DNA of 64,000 nt, taken from positions 48,174,001 through 48,238,000 of the forward strand of contig NC_043012.1 in assembly GCF_006345805.1 (NCBI RefSeq), read 5' to 3'. The notes beneath the pieces were generated by a model. It had not been told where the DNA came from and did not search any database. It worked only from the letters and a program-made list of their open reading frames with translations. Shown here piece by piece: positions 57,251 to 64,000 of this stretch. This DNA comes from Octopus sinensis (taxonomy: Eukaryota). Within the stretch, counting starts at the first letter, position 1. Each line of letters starts with the position of its first letter. The position numbers were made by a program, and so were the translations under genes.

Positions 57251-58708
57251 TATATATATATAGTGTGTGTGTGTGAGCATATATGTATATATCTAAATAC
57301 ATGCATGTTCATTATTCATATACATATGCATATTTTTCAAATTATTTACCTGGATGCATTTGGTTGTAGGCAATTTTTTCGTAAAACTCTTAAAACATTT
57401 TCTTGCACCTACGTATTTTTCTTCCTTCTTAATATTGTTTTTTTGTACTATTTTAATTTTTACCTATTTCCATTATTTTGCATTTTGTTTATTATAAATT
57501 TTGCATTTTATTTATTCGCTATCATATATTTTTATTTTCCTGTTTGTGTATTTTCACATTCCGTTATCCAGTTTTCCCTGTATATAATTTTCCTATATGT
57601 GGCCTTTAGAAACAGACCGACGTAAGTGCCACAATTTAAAAACCGAGAAAAAAACGCAAAGTTGCTCGACTTTCAGAATGCGATATCTCGGCAAGGAATG
57701 AAGTTAGAAAGCTCGTTTTGGTCTTAAAATGACTGTGAATACCTCCTCCTCTAATCTATTTATCTCTGCATCTGAACGATAAAACAATGACTGCCTCTTT
57801 CTTATTTTGTAGAATATAGCTGTACTACGAAACGGTGAATCGCACTGAATATTTTAGCCATAATACCTAGAAAAAATATAGATATCTCCACCAAAGGTAT
57901 TGTTTGTGTTTTAATATACCAAGGTTAGAGGTTTCTAAGATAATATACAGCGTCGAGGTACAATTTTTTCAGCCGGATTTCCGATCTTATTGCAAGCTTC
58001 ACCGTTTCGTCCTTCCAACTTTTTCGGATTCTGGACACCGTGACAAAGAAAATGATATACTAAAGACGAAAACAGCCAGGATGGCACTTACGAAACTCTA
58101 TTACAAAACGTCTCATATATAATTCCCACCATTCAATTTGGCGAAGATAGTATAGCGATTTCACGACCCTTACAGTTAAACAGAAATAACTTATGAGTTA
58201 CCTAGTTTAGCGCAATCAGATTTTTTTAGTTCAATTACCAGTGGTTTGGATTACTATTCAGTTTTCTCAGGTTTATTTTGTCAAAAATGCTTTCATTTCC
58301 CATTCAAAACTGAATCCAATGTTGTTACTTTAAGATTATATCCGGAAAGAGTTTTCTTCGAAATCTACGTTGGCCAAACGTATGAAGTCGGAAACTAAAA
58401 TTATTCTCCAAACGCACTGTTATATAGTAAAGTAACTTGGTTTATAGAAATATCGATCGAAAATATATTAGTCAACAAGACGTAAAATATTCGTTGAAAT
58501 ATTAATATATTTCAAGGAAATCGATGAAACCGATTGTAACTTTTGTTAGTCATATAATAATAATTACTAATTTTACAATAAATCGATTAGTTATCAAATA
58601 ACAACTCAGTATATGCAAATTTGAGTGTTTCGATCTTTGAGTTTGTATGCAATTATAATTTTCGCCTTCGTAAATAGGATTAGAGAACCTCACAAAACAG
58701 CTTGAGTG

Positions 58709-58770
<62 letters not shown>

Positions 58771-58974
58771 AAATGAGGGAATATAATTCCAAACTTACAG
58801 GGAATAATTCAATTTAGAAATCCTTAAATCAAATTTCACAAAAAATAATATATATATATATATATAAATTAGAAATTTTAACTTTCTATAATATTTAATT
58901 TTTGTAAATGGTATTATTTAATTTTTCATTTTTGAATTGATAAAAGGTAGTTTTTTTTCTAATTTATATATATA

Positions 58975-59260
58975 TGAAAGTACATGTCTCAGTGGTTAAG
59001 GTGTTGTACTCACGATTGCGAGATCGCGGGTTCGTTGCGTTGTGTTCTTGAGCAAAGCACTTCATTTCACGTTGCTCTGCGATCATGTCGTCATTTTACA
59101 CGTGACACCCGTTGCACCTGTACAAGTGATGTCGATTTCATGGAGGCAGTGATCTCCTGTGTACACAAATATTTGATCCCTATAATCATGTCATCTGTCT
59201 CGTTGTTCGATATGAAATTATCAAACCCACATACGTCGTCTAATGCCGGGAGAGTCCATC
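58975..59260 (+). mobile_element. tRNA-derived SINE, family C-related
   Basis: CTCAGTGGTTAAGGTGTTGTACTCACGA..GGGTTCG, then TGTGTTCTTGAGCAAAGCACTTCATTTCACGTTGCTC. Confidence 0.7.
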
Positions 59261-59314
59261 ATATATATTTGGAGATGGGTAGAGATATATAGACAGATAT
59301 TTTGTATTTAGATT

Positions 59315-59346
<32 letters not shown>

Positions 59347-59699
59347 TGTATGTATGTATGTATGTATATACGCAGGAAAAAATATAGGAAACTTGTTGAA
59401 AATGCACCTAAATTTCAAACACTCGTAAAGGTTGCATTTTCAGCAACACAGTTACCTACATAGATAAATATATGCGTGTGTGTGTATGAATCCTAAATGG
59501 CAACGTACTCAGAGTGTTGCATCTGTGAAGAGGACTATCAGCTTAGAAGATAGACAGGAGAGTATAAAAATTATGTCTAGATTAGGTGAAGTAGATGATA
59601 GTGATGAAAGTATTAGAATAATTGCCAATCCGTTTAGAAATAGGGAGAAAAGGAAGCTAATTTGGGCACTTAAAGAGAGTAACAAAGTATTTTCAATAG

Positions 59700-60030
59700 C
59701 GCGGAAATTATTAGTAAAGTAAAGACATCTAGAATAGGCGATAATAGATGTAATCCTTGTGTGGAGGTAATGTACTAATTTTTTCTTCTAAATATACTAT
59801 AATAAACATTAGACAGGAACAAGCATGAGATGTCCACATCAGATTAAATATGCATTTAAACGATTTGAAGAAACATAAATTTCCATCTATAGTAATAATA
59901 CTAGTTAACACAATGATTGGGATAATTAATATTTTTGCAAATAGTGCTAAAATGATTTTAGAAATAATAACACTAATGATATCAATTGAAGGTATGAACC
60001 CAGACATAAGTGAATTACTTCTGAATAACT
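59700..60030 (-). pseudogene. Possible decayed PLE-type reverse-transcriptase fragment
   Basis: The minus ORF has FIPSID, IITIDGNLCFFK, MWTSHA, VYLEEKI and YIYYR in the order of RT motifs (SLYPSI, F.FDG..Y.Q, MG.S.A, YLEEK, YYRY.DD). The match is weak. Confidence 0.35.
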
Positions 60031-61134
60031 TATGTACTCCACTCAGTAAAATGTAAACAAAACTGCTATAATTGACTGTAATATAAATGAGCATTTTATA
60101 AACCACGATTCAACTGTAATACTGTGGTGATTATAAGACCAGAATTCAATTTGATCCAAAAAGGAACGCTATAACCTTAATCTGAATACCAACGCGGGAA
60201 GCTTGTTTGAATTAGCTCACTTTGAAAACGTCGTAAGTGATGGACCTTTAGTGAAATTGCAGCGACTAGGATGCATAATTGCATAAAGAGCAATGTGTAG
60301 TTGCTGCAATTGATACAAAAGTTGATTATTGTTATATATGCTGTGGAAAACTTATCTAATAGCGTTTTGGATGTGAATGACTCTCCCCTCTCCTCTTCGT
60401 TTTCAATTATATATATATATTTTTACAATTAAGATTCAGTTGAATTAAGGCACCTTATTAGGTCAAAATAATTTTCACACCCAAACAATATCAGGTGAAT
60501 ATCAAACTTTGTGCAGGTGCATTTGCACCCGATATTCTTACAGTGTATGCAGACAACAGGACCCAACTTAGTAAAGATATCCACTCTTGATTGTTCAGAC
60601 ACGTACTTTATATAAAATTTCTCTGTTTCCGAAATGCATAATCCAGTGTAGGTGAATAAAATATGAATACCAAAGATTTACAGATGTCAGTTCATTACGA
60701 TCGTGTCAAGCAACTCCTCTTATTGATTAATGAAAACATTACAACATTACAAAGGAACCGTTTTCTTCAGATGACTGCAACGACTCCAAATAAAAAGGAC
60801 AAGCAGTTTGTTTGTCCTCACTGGTACACATACATATTATTCATATTACTGTAAGTATACGTATTCTTTCATAATTACATTCTGTTACCAATCATTATTA
60901 TAGAGATTCACAAGACCGCATATAAGGGCAATGAATGTTCATTCTGCTTTGGATCCTATACAAAAAAAATGCATACTCTTCTTTTCTTCATCACACGTGA
61001 ATGAAACGTATCTTAATTTGTGTCAGAGTCGCTTATATAAGCATAATTGTATCGTAGTCGTTTATATGGCTATAACTGAGATTGATATTAATAAAATATA
61101 TTCAAAATGCTCCGCATCATTTCTTCTGTTCGTT

Positions 61135-61285
61135 TTTATGTTTTCAGTTCAAATGTCACCGGAGTGAACTTTACTTTCATCCTTTCGGATTCGATAAAAT
61201 AAGTACCTGTTGAGCACTGGGGTCGATGTGATTGACTTAGTCCCTCTCCTGAAATTGCTGGAATTGTGCAAAAATTTGAAAGCGA
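61135..61285 (+). mobile_element. SINE family B, partial
   Basis: CTTTCATCCTTTCGGATTCGATAAAATAAGTACCTGTTGAGCACTGGGGTCGATGT. Confidence 0.8.
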
Positions 61286-62314
61286 TTCTAATACGAGATA
61301 GTCGTGTAGGAAGGGTATTGGCTCTAAAGTTTTCACACCTTTTGAGATTTGTTTGACTGAAGCAGCTGAAATTCAGCTTAATTATACGTTACATTAACGG
61401 GAAAACTCATACAGGAACGTCAGCTTAGAACATTCAAGCACTGGAAACAAATGAAAATTGAAGTACTTAACGTCAGGTCCCATATACATACATGTGTATT
61501 TGTGAATGTATGCATATATACACCAATACTCACACAAATGCGCGCGCGTACAAACACTCACTCACACACTCACACATGTATATTTACTTCAATACACACA
61601 TATATGTGCATCTTCTGCGTTTGCACTTATGCCCTTTTAATCTATTTACTTTAATCAGGTAGTCTTAATTGATTGTATTCCCTTAACTCTATTAATGATT
61701 ATGTGAAAATAACTATATTAAAGAAAATAAAGAATAAAGTGATTTACTAATATTTCCTTTGGTGTTTTATCATTTTAATTAATGACATATGCATATGAGG
61801 ATATGAGTATATTTTCCTCTGGTGCTTCAAGATCAATAACTTTCCTATTGTGCATAGATCCAGAAAGCATTCGATTGCTTATAGCTTAGCTTTTTAGTTA
61901 ACACTCAGTATTTAATCCAGTGGAGCATATGATTATTTTCAAAAACCTAACGTTGTACGAGTTTTAAACCCAAATTTCATTTCTGTTTTAAATGTATGCA
62001 CATGTTGACGAGATCTGGTTTTAAATCGATCGGTAGTCAGACAAATTATCAAAGCGATCTTTGTTCATATGAAATGTGAAAAAACATGTACATATAAGTA
62101 ACTTCTCAAGGCACATTCTTCTGAATGACACTAAAATACACTTTTGGAATAACAACTGAATACGCAAGCTCTCTTAGCTGACGTTAGTAATTTTAATTCC
62201 TTAATGCTTTCTCATATACAAACACAAATACACGCACACACGCACACACACACATACACACACATATATATATTTGTGCATATAAATACATATATATGTT
62301 TCACACACACACAC

Positions 62315-63945
62315 ACCACTATCCACCCAGCCCTTGCCATAGCACTTCCGTGGACCGTGCCTCTGCTGTCTCTCTCCGCACCTGCCCCACCGTAGCACTC
62401 TCCCGTTCCCCTCACCTACCACCCCTCCACCCTGTCCCTCCAACGAACCATTCTATGAGCCTTCCGGCGACTCCTGTCCGACCCCTCAACCTCGCAAATC
62501 TTTTCCAACCTACCCCTTTCCTATTTCAAAGGAGCCCACAACCTGCGTGACCTCCTGGTCCACAGTTTTTTCCCCTAACCCCACCTCCCAACCTGACACG
62601 TTTTCCTGCTCCCCCTCGCTGCAACACTTGCCCCTACCTCTCAAACATCACCATCCTCACAGGCACCCAACATCGGCCCTATCATATCGCCGACTCCTTT
62701 ACCTGCACATCTAGCAACGTCATTTGGTGCATCTCCTGCTCTTCTCTGTACATCGGTCAAACGGAACTCCGCTTGGCTGATCGGTTCACAGAGAACCTGC
62801 GAGATATTAAGCTTGGCAATAACACTCCGGTCTCACGCCATTTCCGCTCTACCGGTCATTCACTATAGCACCTGTCTATGTTCGGATTGTGTTTGAATAT
62901 GAGCCATCCGGTCTCCGGCTTTCGCCGTAAACAGAATATAGTCTTCTCTTCGCTCCTTTGCACCTCTGGACTCAACTCCCCTCCTCTCTTCATCTGACAC
63001 CTACTTCCTCCCTTCACTCCTACCCAAATCCTTCACCCACCCCTACCACACCGCACCCCCACACCACAGCCCACACCACACGCCACCACACACCACTCTA
63101 CTCACTCTAGCACTGACCGCTTCCCAGCACCCACACAACACACTATCATCTGCACATCCACACACGCCCGCACCCCATCATCTACACGTTACAGACGCAC
63201 ACACTTACACACACACACACACAATCACACACGTCAAAGTCACTAGCCCCTATTCATACACACACCCGCACGCGTAACTTCGTTCTGGAATCACCAATGC
63301 TTTATTATCTCCCCTTCTTTCAACCTCACCTCTCAAACTTTTTTCTGCCCAGTCGCCATGCTTGACCGCGAAATCCACAAGTTTTTATTCTCTCTCTGTT
63401 TATTTTCTCTTATTCCTTTTTGTTGAAAAGCGTATTTTCGAAACTTAAAAGACTTACTTTCCTGAGCATCAAACTCATACACCTGCTTGTTGTTCATACA
63501 CTTGTCTTCGCCCTCGGCCATGCATGATCTATCTTTCTTGGCTCGACTGCCGACCGCCAACATATCTTATGTACCTATCCTATGTTCCTGCCTCAAGGCC
63601 TTCACGTCAGCTCAATTTGATTCGTCTTTTTTATTGGGATGGCACATGTTGTTATTTTCTTGTTTGTATCTGTAATTGTGTAACATGTTCTCCGTTTTTC
63701 GTCCTTGTTGTTGTACACATTCGCTTGCTTTCTCACAAAAGAAATCTAATGCTCTTAGCTTGGACTGTTTGTGGACAACCAGATTTGAACAGTCTCAAGT
63801 GTAACTGCCCGAAACTGTAAGGACAATTTGGAACCTTGGCTAATGAGAGAAGGCCACGAACGACCCCGTCTTTGTTTTTCCTGTCCGCCTTTGTATCGCC
63901 TATCTGTCTGGATGTGTATTGTCCTCTATTGCGTTTTTGTTCCAT
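62315..63945 (+). mobile_element. Penelope-like element 3' portion: linker, GIY-YIG endonuclease remnant and 3' non-coding region
   Basis: PLTYHPSTLSLQRTIL*AFRRLLSDPSTSQIF and FKGAHNLRDLLVHS, then the in-frame 62581-62868 stretch RCNTCPYL..DSFTCTSSNVIWCISCSSLYIGQTELRLADRFTENLRDI..PVSRHF (VIW-YIG motif). Frameshifts and stops are present. Confidence 0.88.
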
Positions 63946-64000
63946 TTTTTTTATATTTATATATACATATAGTAGCATACGTAAACATTTGCTCACCTTC

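Noticed and set aside
57620-58180. CGTAAGTGCCA / TGGCACTTACG inverted 11-mer suggesting a DNA transposon
   Set aside because: Termini and target-site duplication could not be defined.

Overview
AT-rich, microsatellite-saturated eukaryotic DNA that looks intronic or intergenic. The tRNA-headed SINE families and (TA)n-anchored fold-back inserts resemble an octopus (coleoid cephalopod) genome; this is inferred from the repeats only. I recognise no intact protein-coding gene, and nearly all listed ORFs are microsatellite read-through. Supported content: many SINE copies from at least 3 families; decayed Tc1/mariner elements (7037-8140 and 37595-38866 with TIRs, a 3' fragment at 19329-19705, and a two-5'-end derivative at 49902-50756); a small MITE; RTE and R4/Dong LINE fragments; and Penelope-like element (PLE) remnants including a GIY-YIG domain (62315-63945). 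The most striking structure is 47735-49549. It is a non-coding ~549-bp unit repeated in tandem and folded back into a palindrome with ~840-bp arms. It carries four type I hammerhead ribozymes with intact cores, two per strand, in a retrozyme-like or PLE pseudo-LTR arrangement. A second PLE-type end (29669-29718, minus) has hammerhead topology with a swapped G3-C8 core pair. A few exon-like minus-strand segments hint at a host transcript but cannot be confirmed.
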